From NCBI GenBank assembly GCA_031372565.1, contig JANMLN010000146.1, positions 1-24,752 of the forward strand: a DNA stretch of 24,752 nt, in the 5' to 3' direction. The stretch comes from Gemmatimonadota bacterium. GTDB taxonomy: Bacteria; Gemmatimonadota; Gemmatimonadetes; Gemmatimonadales; Gemmatimonadaceae. The notes below the pieces were generated by a model. That model did no database searches and had not been told where the DNA came from. It saw only the letters and a program-made list of their open reading frames with translations. Shown here piece by piece: positions 1 to 9,637 of the stretch. Positions within the stretch are counted from its first letter, which is position 1, and every line of letters begins with the position of its first letter. The position numbers and the translations under genes are program-made.

Positions 1-549
1 GATCGACAACTGGCCGCCGATCTCGGGCGCGCTGTACCCCGCAGCGATCAGCTTGAGAATCGCCCGCTCGCGCTCGGAGAGCTTCTCGAACTGCTCTTTC
101 TCCGCCGCATGCGACTCGCGCCGCTTGATCTCCTTGGCGAGCGCCCGCGCGGCGGCGGCACGCAGATAGGACTCGCCGCGTGCCACGGTCCGGACGGCGT
201 CGACGAGATCGCGATCGGCCGCATTCTTGACGAGGTAGCCGGCCGCTCCGGCTTCGAGCAACCGCACCAACGCTTCCTCCTCGCTGTGCATCGTGAGGAT
301 GAGCACGCGCGCCTTCGGGTCGCGAGCGATGATCACCCGCGTCGCCTCGGCGCCGTCCATCTCATCCATGGAGAGATCCATGACGATGACATCGGGGGTG
401 AGCCGTGCGGCGAGGTCGACGGCTTCCTTGCCATTGCGGGCCTCGCCGACCACCTCGATGTCTCGGACCGTGCCCAACACGGCCTTCAGCCCGGCCCGGA
501 CGACCGCATGGTCGTCGGCCAGCAGCACGCGAATCAGGTCTCCAGACAT
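1..549 (-). CDS. NarL/FixJ-family DNA-binding response regulator (REC + LuxR-type HTH), 3' end outside the window
   Basis: Not in the ORF track; translated by hand from CAT at 547-549: MSGDLIRVLLADDHAVVRAGLKAVL...PDVIVMDLSM...VLILTMH...GAAGYLVK...KLSERERAILKLIAAGYSAPEIGGQLSI. GGAGG SD on the minus strand at 557-561. Confidence 0.93.
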   Translation of the reverse strand, partial: MSGDLIRVLLADDHAVVRAGLKAVLGTVRDIEVVGEARNGKEAVDLAARLTPDVIVMDLSMDEMDGAEATRVIIARDPKARVLILTMHSEEEALVRLLEAGAAGYLVKNAADRDLVDAVRTVARGESYLRAAAARALAKEIKRRESHAAEKEQFEKLSERERAILKLIAAGYSAPEIGGQLSI

Positions 550-679
550 GGGGGTTCCTCCAGATAACAACGCTTCGGGATGCGCAGATGGACGGGACTG
601 GAGGCGAATGTGCCAGCAGGCCGAGCACCGCGCGGTCGGGAGATGACGGAACTTCACGGAAGAAAGCCCTACCGGAAGG

Positions 680-696
680 GTCAGGCAACCCCTGAC
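680..696. promoter_or_regulatory. Inverted repeat GTCAGG-N5-CCTGAC in the divergent intergenic region; candidate regulator binding site
   Basis: Perfect 6-bp arms at 680-685 and 691-696. A degenerate similar site, GGAAG-N5-CCTAC, lies at 658-672. Function is inferred. Confidence 0.35.
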
Positions 697-736
697 GCCG
701 CTTCCGTTAGACGCGGCAGGCCAACAACTTAGGTCG

Positions 737-1873
737 ATGGCGCACCCCAGCGATGCCCTTCTGGCGCAAGTCGTCAATGCCGCGTCCGATGCGATCATTT
801 TCGTGGACGACGCGCAGCGCGTCATGCTCTTCAACTACGGCGCGGTGAAGCTCTTCGGCTGGGAGGAGCACGAGATCATCGGCGAGACGCTCGACCGATT
901 GATGCCCTACCGGTATCACGAAGCTCATCGGGCGCATGTCCGGAACTTCGGCTATTCGCCGACGCCATCGCGTCGGATGGCGGAGCGCTCGCCCGTCACG
1001 GGGGTCCGGAAGGACGGCACGGAGTTCGCCGCCGAGGCGTCGATCAGCATGGTGTCGACCGAATCGGGGCCGCTGTATGCGGTGATTCTGCGCGATGTCT
1101 CGAACGAGCGCGCGGCTGCCCAGACCAGTGAGCGGTTGCTCGTCGAGATGCAGCGTGCCGTGCGCGCGCGCGATGATCTGCTGGGGCTGGTGTCGCACGA
1201 CCTGCGCAACCCGGTCAACGCGGTGCGGATGCTGGCGTCGGCCATTCTCCGATCGGCCGATGAGCGCAGCTAGGCGTTGCCGCCGCAAGTGTCGGAGCAC
1301 GCGGCCGTGATCCTGCAGGCCACGGTCCAGATGGATGCCCTGATCCAGGATCTGCTCGATGTGAGCCGCATCGAAACGGGACGGCTCGCGATCGTGCCGC
1401 AACCGTTGGCGGCCGCACTGCTGGTCGCCGGTGCGCTCGAGACCATGCGGCCGCTCGCCGAAGCGCGCGGCATTCGCGTCGCCAGTCGGGTGGAGCACGG
1501 CCTGCCGAGCGTGCTCGCCGATCCTGATCGGGTGACGCAGGTCTTCTCCAATCTCATCGGCAACGCGTTGCGCTTCACGCCGCCGGACAACGAGGTCTGG
1601 ATCGAGGCGCGCGCGACGGACGCGCTGGTCACATTCAGCGTGCACGACACCGGTTCCGGTATCTCGCGCGAACACCTGCCCTTCGTGTTTGATCGGTTCT
1701 GGCAGGCGAAGCGGACCAATCGCTCGGGAGCGGGGCTCGGCCTCTCGATCTGCCGCGGCTTGGTGGGCGCGATGGGCGGACAGATCTGGGTGGAGAGCGA
1801 GGTGGGGAAGGGGACCGTCGTGAGTTTTGCCCTCCCCGTCGCGGAGCGCGCGGAGGATCGCAGCGGGGAGTAG
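737..1873 (+). pseudogene. PAS-domain sensor histidine kinase (PAS-HisKA-HATPase_c) interrupted by an in-frame TAG at 1271-1273
   Basis: ORFs 737-1273 and 1277-1873 share a frame and join into one 378-codon kinase: PAS (FNYGAVKLFGW...RKDGTEF), H-box SHDLRNP, N-box QVFSNLIGNALRF, G1 DTGSGI, F-box FDRFWQ, G2 GAGLGLSIC. Product is secure; pseudogene status versus sequencing error or readthrough is uncertain. Confidence 0.7.
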
Positions 1874-1935
1874 CGCGCACGGGGCGAACGCACGACTGTC
1901 GTGCGGACGCGTCTTCGGCGAGCTTGGAACGCTGA

Positions 1936-3057
<1,122 letters not shown>

Positions 3058-3066
3058 CGATGCAGT

Positions 3067-3164
3067 TGTCGTCCTGAGCGTAGCGAAGGACCTGCTTCTG
3101 CCGTGTCGTCCTGAGCGCAGCGAAGGACCTGCTTCTGCCGTCTGCCCAACAGCAAAGCAGGTCC
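3067..3164. repeat. REP-like element: two adjacent 37-bp direct repeats plus a partial inverted arm
   Basis: TGTCGTCCTGAGCG(T/C)AGCGAAGGACCTGCTTCTGCCG at 3067-3103 and 3104-3140 (36/37 identical). AAGCAGGTCC at 3155-3164 is the reverse complement of GGACCTGCTT at 3125-3134. Confidence 0.85.
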
Positions 3165-3182
3165 CACCCACCGCCACCTCGC

Positions 3183-3211
3183 TTGTAGACGGGCGTAACC
3201 TCCGGTAATTT
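3183..3211 (+). promoter_or_regulatory. Candidate sigma70-type promoter for the yggS operon
   Basis: TTGTAG (3183-3188), 17-nt spacer, TAATTT (3206-3211). It sits in an AT-richer patch and ends 8 nt before the yggS ATG. Confidence 0.55.
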
Positions 3212-3219
3212 CCAGTGTT

Positions 3220-3903
3220 ATGCCATTTCCGACCCTGCCTGCGATCCTCGCCGACGTCCGGCACAGGATCGACTCGGCTGTTGCGCGTGGCGGGCACGAC
3301 CAATCGGTCACCATTGTGGCGGTGACCAAGACGTTCGGGCCTGACGCGCCGATGGCGGCATTCACCGTGGGCCTTGCCGACGTGGGCGAGAACAAGGTCC
3401 AGGAAGCGCTCGACAAGATCCCGCTCGTGCCGGCGCCGTTGCGCTGGCACCTGATCGGCCACCTCCAGCGCAACAAGGTCAAGTTCGTGGATCCCTTCGT
3501 CCTCGTGCATGGCATGGATAGCCCGCGCCTTGCGGAGGCGCTGCACACGTACGGCGTCCAGCGCGGGCGCCCGGTCCCCGTGTTGCTGCAGGTCAACGTG
3601 AGCGGCGAATCGACCAAGGGCGGGGTGTCGGAGGCCGATGTGCCCGCGCTCGCGCTCGCGTTGCGCCAGCGTGATGGCCTCGACGTGCAGGGGGTGATGA
3701 CCATGGCCCCGTTCGATGCACCGGATGCGACGCTGCGCGCGACCTTCGGCGGTGCGCGCCGGTGCCGCGATCGTCTGCGCGAGGCGGGGCTGCCGGCGCA
3801 GGCGTTGTCGATGGGCATGTCCGGCGATTTCGAGTTGGCGGTCGAGGAAGGCGCAACCATGGTGCGCCTGGGCTCGATTCTCTTTGGCGCGAGGACCCAA
3901 TGA
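3220..3903 (+). CDS. yggS: YggS/PLPBP pyridoxal-phosphate homeostasis protein
   Basis: Motifs VAVTK, GENKVQE, WHLIGHLQRNK, LSMGMSGDF, MVRLGSILFG. Confidence 0.95.
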   Translation: MPFPTLPAILADVRHRIDSAVARGGHDQSVTIVAVTKTFGPDAPMAAFTVGLADVGENKVQEALDKIPLVPAPLRWHLIGHLQRNKVKFVDPFVLVHGMDSPRLAEALHTYGVQRGRPVPVLLQVNVSGESTKGGVSEADVPALALALRQRDGLDVQGVMTMAPFDAPDATLRATFGGARRCRDRLREAGLPAQALSMGMSGDFELAVEEGATMVRLGSILFGARTQ

Positions 3904-4472
3904 CCGACGAAGCCTTTCACCTGACTCCGCTCGACGTCCGCCGCTTCGAGTTCGCCTCGGCGCTGCGCGGCTATGACAAGACCAAGGTCGACCAGTTCCG
4001 CGATCAGGTGGCCGACGAGCTCGAGCGCGTCACGCGGGCGAACCAGGAACTCGACGCGAAGGCCAAGGGACTCACCGACCAGCTCAAGCAGTTCAAGGAT
4101 CGCGACAAGGCGCTCAACGACGCGCTCGTGAGCGCGCAACAGCTGCGCGCCGAGATCCGCGAGCAGGCCGAGCGTGAGTCGCAACTCATCGTGCGCGAGG
4201 CGCGCGCCGAAGGCGATCGTCTGCTCGAGCAGGCCAAGACCGACATTCGCAAGCTCACCGCCGAGATCGACAACCTCGAGCGCGTGCGCCGCACGTACCT
4301 GCTCTCGCTCAAGACGATGGCGGAGAAGCAGCTCGCCGAAGTCGAGGCACTCACGGCTGCCGCGCCGCCGGGCACCGAGGCCGCGCGGGCGTCGGCCGAG
4401 GGAGCGGGCGGCAACGGCGCCGGCAGCGAGCGCAAGAGCGGATCGTGGCTCGATACGATGGTGCGCGAGTAG
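3900..4472 (+). CDS. divIVA: DivIVA-domain coiled-coil protein
   Basis: N-terminus [30 protein letters not shown] followed by a long coiled coil. ATG 3900 overlaps the yggS stop (ATGA); yggS-divIVA linkage is a known neighbourhood. Confidence 0.88.
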   Translation: MTDEAFHLTPLDVRRFEFASALRGYDKTKVDQFRDQVADELERVTRANQELDAKAKGLTDQLKQFKDRDKALNDALVSAQQLRAEIREQAERESQLIVREARAEGDRLLEQAKTDIRKLTAEIDNLERVRRTYLLSLKTMAEKQLAEVEALTAAAPPGTEAARASAEGAGGNGAGSERKSGSWLDTMVRE

Positions 4473-5329
4473 TGACGACATCGCAGGAGGCCGCGGTCCT
4501 CGACGCCACGAGCGAACTCCGATCCCGCATCGACGCCGCGGCCTGCGCGATCACGTCGCGCTGGCCGCACGCGCCCGACGCCGCGCTGATCCTGGGCACG
4601 GGCCTCGGCGCGCTGGCGCGCGAGATCGCCGTCGACGTCGAGATCCCGTACGGCGACATCCCGGGCTTTCCGCTGTCGACCGTCGAGTCGCATGCCGGTC
4701 GGCTGCTGGCCGGCACGCTCGGTGGCAAGCGCGTGGTCGCGATGCAGGGGCGCTTTCACCGCTATGAGGGGTACTCGCTCCAGCAGGTCACCCTCCCGGT
4801 TCGTGTGCTCCGTGCGCTCGGTGCGCCGCGCCTGATCGTGTCGAACGCCTGTGGCGGCATGCATCCGCTGTGGGCCCCCGGTGACCTGATGCTGATCGCC
4901 GATCACATCAACTTGTTGGGCGACAGTCCGCTCATCGGCCCCAACGATGACGCGCTCGGCCCGCGTTTCCCCGACCTGTCGGCATGCTACGACGCGGACC
5001 TGCGCGCGCACGCGCGTGCCGTCGCGTTGGCGCGCGGCATCGTGCTCCGCGAAGGGGTGTACGTGGCCGTGCCCGGCCCGAATCTCGAGACGCGCGCCGA
5101 GTACCGCATGCTGCGCATGCTAGGCGCCGATGTCGTGGGCATGAGCACCGTGCCCGAGGTGATCGTCGCCATTCACGGCGGCATGCAGGTGCTCGGCATC
5201 TCGCTCATCACCGACCAGTGCCTGCCCGACGCGCTGGAGCCCGCGACACTCGACAAGATCCTCGCGGTGGCAGCCCGCAGTGAACCTCAACTCACCGCGC
5301 TCGTGCAGGGCGTGCTGGAGCGCCTGTGA
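4472..5329 (+). CDS. Purine nucleoside phosphorylase, trimeric (PunA/XapA/human PNP) family
   Basis: Motifs [60 protein letters not shown] 4472 overlaps the divIVA TAG by 1 nt. Confidence 0.92.
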   Translation: MTTSQEAAVLDATSELRSRIDAAACAITSRWPHAPDAALILGTGLGALAREIAVDVEIPYGDIPGFPLSTVESHAGRLLAGTLGGKRVVAMQGRFHRYEGYSLQQVTLPVRVLRALGAPRLIVSNACGGMHPLWAPGDLMLIADHINLLGDSPLIGPNDDALGPRFPDLSACYDADLRAHARAVALARGIVLREGVYVAVPGPNLETRAEYRMLRMLGADVVGMSTVPEVIVAIHGGMQVLGISLITDQCLPDALEPATLDKILAVAARSEPQLTALVQGVLERL

Positions 5330-8300
5330 CCGGGTCGACCCCACCGAAGGATCGCTACCATCGCCTGAGCGCCGATCGCGGCGCCGATGACCTCGAGCGC
5401 GAGATGCTGAACCTGTGGGATGCGGAGCGGCTCCTCGAGCGGTCGCTCGCGGCTCGCGCCGACGCCCCCCGCTGGACCTTCTTCGAGGGCCCGCCCACGG
5501 CCAACGGTCGCCCGGGCATTCACCACGTGTTCGCGCGCACGATCAAGGACCTCTTCTGTCGCCACCGCGCGATGCAGGGGTATCGCGTCGATCGCAAGGC
5601 GGGATGGGACACCCACGGTCTCCCCGTCGAGATCGAAGTGGAAAAGCGCCTCGGCATCTCGGGCAAGCCGGAGATCGAGAAGATCGGCGTGGCCGAGTTC
5701 AACCGGCTGTGCCGCGAGAGCGTCTTCACCTACCGCGGTGACTGGGAAACACTCTCGGCGCGCATGGGGTACTGGCTCGACTACGAGCGGCCCTACGTCA
5801 CGTTCGAGAACGCGTACGTGGAGTCGGTGTGGTGGGCGCTCAAGACGCTCCACAGCAAGGACCTCCTGTTCCGCGGTCACAAGATCCTGCCGTATTGCGC
5901 GCGCTGCGGCACTGCGCTCTCCAGCCACGAAGTCGCCCTCGGCTACAAGGACGTGGAGGATCCGAGCGTGTACGTGGCGCTCGACCTGGTCGACGACACC
6001 GCGGGGCCTGCCGTGACGGCCACCCTCGACGGCCCCGGTCGCAATGCGGCGCACGCCGACCCGGACGCGAAGGTGGCGCCGCGCGCCGGGCGCCGCCGCA
6101 TCATCGTGTGGACCACGACGCCGTGGACGCTCGTGTCGAATGTCGCGCTCGCGGTGAACCCCGAGCTCAGCTACGTGGAGCTGCGCAAGAAGACCGGCGC
6201 CGAGTGGACGATCCTGCTGGCCGAGGCGCGCTGCGCCGGCGTGCTGGGCGCCGACTGGGCCGATCGGTGGGACGTGGTGGCCACCCGTCCCGGTGCGGCG
6301 CTCGTCGGTCTGCGCTACACGCGGCCGCTCGACTGGGAGCCGATGCCGGCGGAGGGCCGCCACGAAGTGATCGTGGGCGAGTCGTTCGTGTCGGCGGACG
6401 ACGGATCGGGCGTCGTGCACATGGCGCCGGCGTTTGGTGCGGATGACTACGCCGCCGGGCAGCGCCACGGGCTGGCGTTCCTCCAGCCGGTGGATGCGCG
6501 CGGACAGTTTCCGGCCGGCATGCCGGTCGTGGGCGGACGGTTCGTGAAGGACGCCGACCTCGACATCATCGCCGAGCTCGAACAGCGCGACGTGCTCTGG
6601 AAGTCGCAGAAGTTCGTGCACAGTTATCCGCACTGCTGGCGCTGCGGCACGCCGCTGCTGTACTACGCGCGCACGTCGTGGTTCGTGCGCACCACCGCGT
6701 TCAAGGACGAGATGCTGCGCCGGAACGGCGCCATCAACTGGAACCCGCCCGAGGTCGGCGCGGGGCGCTTTGGCGAGTGGCTCGAGAACAACGTCGATTG
6801 GGCCGTGTCGCGCGACCGCTTCTGGGGATCGCCACTGCCGGTCTGGGTCAACGACGAAGATCCCGACGAGATCGAGGTGATCGGCTCGTTCGCCGAATTG
6901 GCGGAGCGGTCGGGGACGACGCTTGGCGCCGATTTCGATCCGCACAAGCCGTTCGTCGATGCGTACACGTGGCCGGCCGCGTCGGGACGGGGCACGATGC
7001 GCCGCGTCCCGGAGGTCATCGACGCCTGGTTCGACTCGGGCTCGATGCCCTTTGCGCAGTGGCACTACCCGTTCGAGAATCGGGAGGAAGTCGCGCGCGC
7101 CTTCCCGGCAGACTTCATCGCCGAAGGGGTGGACCAGACGCGCGGCTGGTTCTACTCGCTGCTGGCGATCGCGACGGGGCTGGGAGATGCGCTGCCCAAC
7201 AATGCACCCGGCGCCGTCGCCCCGTACAAGGCCGTGGTCGTGAACGACCTGCTGCTCGACGCCGAGGGGCAGAAGATGGCCAAGAGCAAGGGGAACGTGG
7301 TGGACCCGATGGCCGTCATGGGCCGCCACGGTGCCGACGCCACGCGCCTCTTCCTGCTGCTCGCGAGCCAGGTCTGGCTGCCGCGCCGGTTCGATGAAGC
7401 GCAGATCCGCGAGACCGCCGGGCGCTTCCTGCTCACGCTCAAGAACGTGTACGACGGGATCTTCGCGCAGTACGCGAATTTCGGATGGGAACCGTCGGCC
7501 GCCGATCCGGCGCCGGCCGATCGTCCGTTGCTGGACCGCTGGATCCTGTCGCGGACGGTGAGCGTCGCCGACGAGGCAAACGCCGCGCTCGACCGGTTCG
7601 ATGCAACGGCGGCTGCGCGCGTGGTGGTGCAGTTCGTCGACGAGGACCTCTCGCGCTGGTACGTGCGGTTGGCGCGCGACCGGTTCTACGAGGTCGATGG
7701 CGCGGATCATCGCGCGGCCTTCGCCACGCTGCATGCGGTGCTCACGACCTGCTGCCGGTTGCTCGCGCCGCTCGCCCCGTTTGTCACCGACTGGATGCAT
7801 CGGCAGCTCACGGGCACGAGCGTGCATCTCGCGGCGTACGGTGGCGCGGTGGACCGGGCGGTGCACGATCCGCTGCTCGAAGCGTCGATGGCCGAGATCC
7901 GCATCCTGGCGACGCTCGGTCGGGCGGCGCGCGAGACGGCGAAGCTCAACGTGCGCCAGCCCCTGCGCACGCTCATCTGCGTGACCGGTGGCCTCAAGAG
8001 CCCGGAGCTCGACGCGCTCGTGCCGCTCCTCGCCGCCGAGCTCAACGTCAAGACGGTCCGGTTTGTCACGAGTGCGGAATCGTTTGTCACGCTCGAGGCC
8101 AAGGCCAACTTCCGGACGCTGGGCAAGAAGTTCGGCAAGGCGATGCCGGACGCGGCGGCCGCGATCGCGCAGCTGTCGAGCGAGCACTTGCGTGCCTTTG
8201 AGCACGGTGAGCCGCTGGCCATCTCCGCCGGCGGCGTCACGCATGCGCTCGCGAGCGAGGACCTGAGCATCGTGCGGCGCGCAAGCGGTGATGTCGTGGT

Positions 8301-8622
8301 CGCCGAGGACGCCGGGCGATTCGTGGCGATTGACCCGACGGTCACCCCCGAGCTCCGGCTCGAGGGCATCGCGCGCGAACTGGTCAGCCGTTTGCAGCGC
8401 CTGCGGAAGGAAATGGGGCTGGCGGTGTCAGATCGTGTGGCGCTGCTCCTTGCCGGACCGGAGGAGATCGAGGAGGCGGCGCGGGCGCATCAGGCCACGA
8501 TTGCCGATGCGGTCCTCGCACGCTCGTTTAAGATTGGAAGTTTCCCGGAGTACCACCCGGCAGCCCGGACGCTGGACCTCGATGGGGTCACGGTGCGAGT
8601 TGCCCTTGCGAAGGATGCGTGA
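5326..8622 (+). CDS. ileS: Isoleucyl-tRNA synthetase, type 2 (IleRS2)
   Basis: Motifs [82 protein letters not shown]. IleRS2-type C-terminus ([16 protein letters not shown]) without the IleRS1 zinc finger. Confidence 0.97.
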   Translation: MTGSTPPKDRYHRLSADRGADDLEREMLNLWDAERLLERSLAARADAPRWTFFEGPPTANGRPGIHHVFARTIKDLFCRHRAMQGYRVDRKAGWDTHGLPVEIEVEKRLGISGKPEIEKIGVAEFNRLCRESVFTYRGDWETLSARMGYWLDYERPYVTFENAYVESVWWALKTLHSKDLLFRGHKILPYCARCGTALSSHEVALGYKDVEDPSVYVALDLVDDTAGPAVTATLDGPGRNAAHADPDAKVAPRAGRRRIIVWTTTPWTLVSNVALAVNPELSYVELRKKTGAEWTILLAEARCAGVLGADWADRWDVVATRPGAALVGLRYTRPLDWEPMPAEGRHEVIVGESFVSADDGSGVVHMAPAFGADDYAAGQRHGLAFLQPVDARGQFPAGMPVVGGRFVKDADLDIIAELEQRDVLWKSQKFVHSYPHCWRCGTPLLYYARTSWFVRTTAFKDEMLRRNGAINWNPPEVGAGRFGEWLENNVDWAVSRDRFWGSPLPVWVNDEDPDEIEVIGSFAELAERSGTTLGADFDPHKPFVDAYTWPAASGRGTMRRVPEVIDAWFDSGSMPFAQWHYPFENREEVARAFPADFIAEGVDQTRGWFYSLLAIATGLGDALPNNAPGAVAPYKAVVVNDLLLDAEGQKMAKSKGNVVDPMAVMGRHGADATRLFLLLASQVWLPRRFDEAQIRETAGRFLLTLKNVYDGIFAQYANFGWEPSAADPAPADRPLLDRWILSRTVSVADEANAALDRFDATAAARVVVQFVDEDLSRWYVRLARDRFYEVDGADHRAAFATLHAVLTTCCRLLAPLAPFVTDWMHRQLTGTSVHLAAYGGAVDRAVHDPLLEASMAEIRILATLGRAARETAKLNVRQPLRTLICVTGGLKSPELDALVPLLAAELNVKTVRFVTSAESFVTLEAKANFRTLGKKFGKAMPDAAAAIAQLSSEHLRAFEHGEPLAISAGGVTHALASEDLSIVRRASGDVVVAEDAGRFVAIDPTVTPELRLEGIARELVSRLQRLRKEMGLAVSDRVALLLAGPEEIEEAARAHQATIADAVLARSFKIGSFPEYHPAARTLDLDGVTVRVALAKDA

Positions 8623-8624
8623 AC

Positions 8625-9095
8625 ATGGCTTCCAGCTCGAAGTCGACGCCCGCCAGCACGAAGGCGGCATCAGCGGCCAAGCCCTCGGCCGCCGCGCCGG
8701 CCGTCAAGGTCAAGCCGATGCTCAAGAAGCAGCTGCAGCACTTCGAGAAGCGGCTGATGGAGGAGCGCAAGCGAGTCCTGAAGGAGCTCGGTCACCACGA
8801 GGAGACGTTCGAGGGTGGAGGCCGCGAGCAGAGCGCGTACTCGTTCCACATGGCCGATCAGGGCACCGATGCGATGGAGCGCGAGAAGGCGTTCCTCTTC
8901 GCGAGCCAGGAGGGGCGGTTCCTCTGGCACATCGATCAGGCGCTACGCCGGCTGTACCGCAGCCCGGACACCTTCGGCATTTGCCACGGGTGCGGCCAGA
9001 TGATTGCGTACGATCGCCTCGATGCCCTGCCGCACGCGCGGTACTGCATCAATTGCAAGCAGAAGGAAGAGGATGACAAGCAGAAGAAGGGGTGA
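8625..9095 (+). CDS. TraR/DksA-family C4 zinc-finger protein
   Basis: Coiled coil with an HMADQGTD tip and CHGC...CINC zinc ligands, after an Ala/Lys/Ser-rich N-terminal tail. ATG 8625 follows AAGGA at 8611-8615; GTG 8619 is an alternative start. Confidence 0.88.
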   Translation: MASSSKSTPASTKAASAAKPSAAAPAVKVKPMLKKQLQHFEKRLMEERKRVLKELGHHEETFEGGGREQSAYSFHMADQGTDAMEREKAFLFASQEGRFLWHIDQALRRLYRSPDTFGICHGCGQMIAYDRLDALPHARYCINCKQKEEDDKQKKG

Positions 9096-9630
9096 GCGCG
9101 CCCTCTTCTGGGGTACGCTGACGGCGGTCGTGTCGGCGGATGCGGCAAGCAAGGCGGTCGCGGTGGCCGGGCTGGGTGCCGTTCACGCCGAGCGTGCGGT
9201 CGTCGGCGACTGGATCCGGTGGCGCCTCGTGTACAACCCCGGTGCCGCGTTCGGGCTGCACGCGGGGCCGTACTCTCGCGTCATCTTCACCGTCCTGACC
9301 CTCGTGGCCTTGGCGATTCTCTGGCGTGTCTATCAGGGAACGGCACCGGGTGATCGCCCGCGACTCACGGCGGTCGCGCTCGTTGCCGGCGGCGCCGTGG
9401 GGAACCTCCTCGATCGCCTGCGTTCGGCGCTCGGCGTCGTCGACTTCATCGACGTGGGCGTGGGCGACCTGCGTTGGCCGACGTTCAACGTCGCCGACAT
9501 CGCCGTGACATCGGGTGCGCTCTTGCTCGCCTGGGTCCTGTGGGCCGAGGAAGAACGGGACGATGCGCCGGCGAGCGTCCCAGGCACCGCGATCGATGCG
9601 TTGGCCACGGTCGACGTCGAGCCTCGCTGA
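9073..9630 (+). CDS. lspA: Lipoprotein signal peptidase II, copy 1
   Basis: Motifs YNPGAAFG, GGAVGNLLDR, VVDFID and FNVAD (both catalytic Asp), with hydrophobic TM segments. ATG 9073 follows a purine-rich SD-like run. Confidence 0.92.
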   Translation: MTSRRRGERALFWGTLTAVVSADAASKAVAVAGLGAVHAERAVVGDWIRWRLVYNPGAAFGLHAGPYSRVIFTVLTLVALAILWRVYQGTAPGDRPRLTAVALVAGGAVGNLLDRLRSALGVVDFIDVGVGDLRWPTFNVADIAVTSGALLLAWVLWAEEERDDAPASVPGTAIDALATVDVEPR

Positions 9631-9637
9631 GTCCGCC

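Noticed and set aside
109..695. Plus-strand ORFs 109-567, 293-646 and 405-695
   Set aside because: They overlap the clear minus-strand response regulator and show no recognisable motifs.
1271..1273. Genome-wide TAG reassignment or a pyrrolysine system
   Set aside because: TAG ends five other reading frames at their expected C-termini, and no pyl genes or suppressor tRNA are in the window. Local readthrough remains open and is listed as a finding.
3067..3140. 37-bp direct repeats as a CRISPR array
   Set aside because: Only two copies, directly adjacent with no spacer, and no cas genes in the window; an inverted partial arm fits a REP-like element better.
6624..6632. DnaA-box-like TTATCCGCA (8/9 match)
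   Set aside because: Single copy inside the conserved HSYPHCWRC coding motif of ileS; explained by the protein sequence.
5287..8244. 985-aa antisense ORF, and similar long minus-strand ORFs at 9049-11265, 15448-17592, 20816-22831 and 22671-24284
   Set aside because: They lie opposite well-supported genes, have Arg/Gly/Ala-rich composition without motifs, and are expected shadows of high-GC codon bias.
8529..8534. TAAGAT as an internal -10 element for the dksA-like gene
   Set aside because: No -35 hexamer at a 16-18 nt spacing (TTGCCG is 22 nt away); too weak to call.
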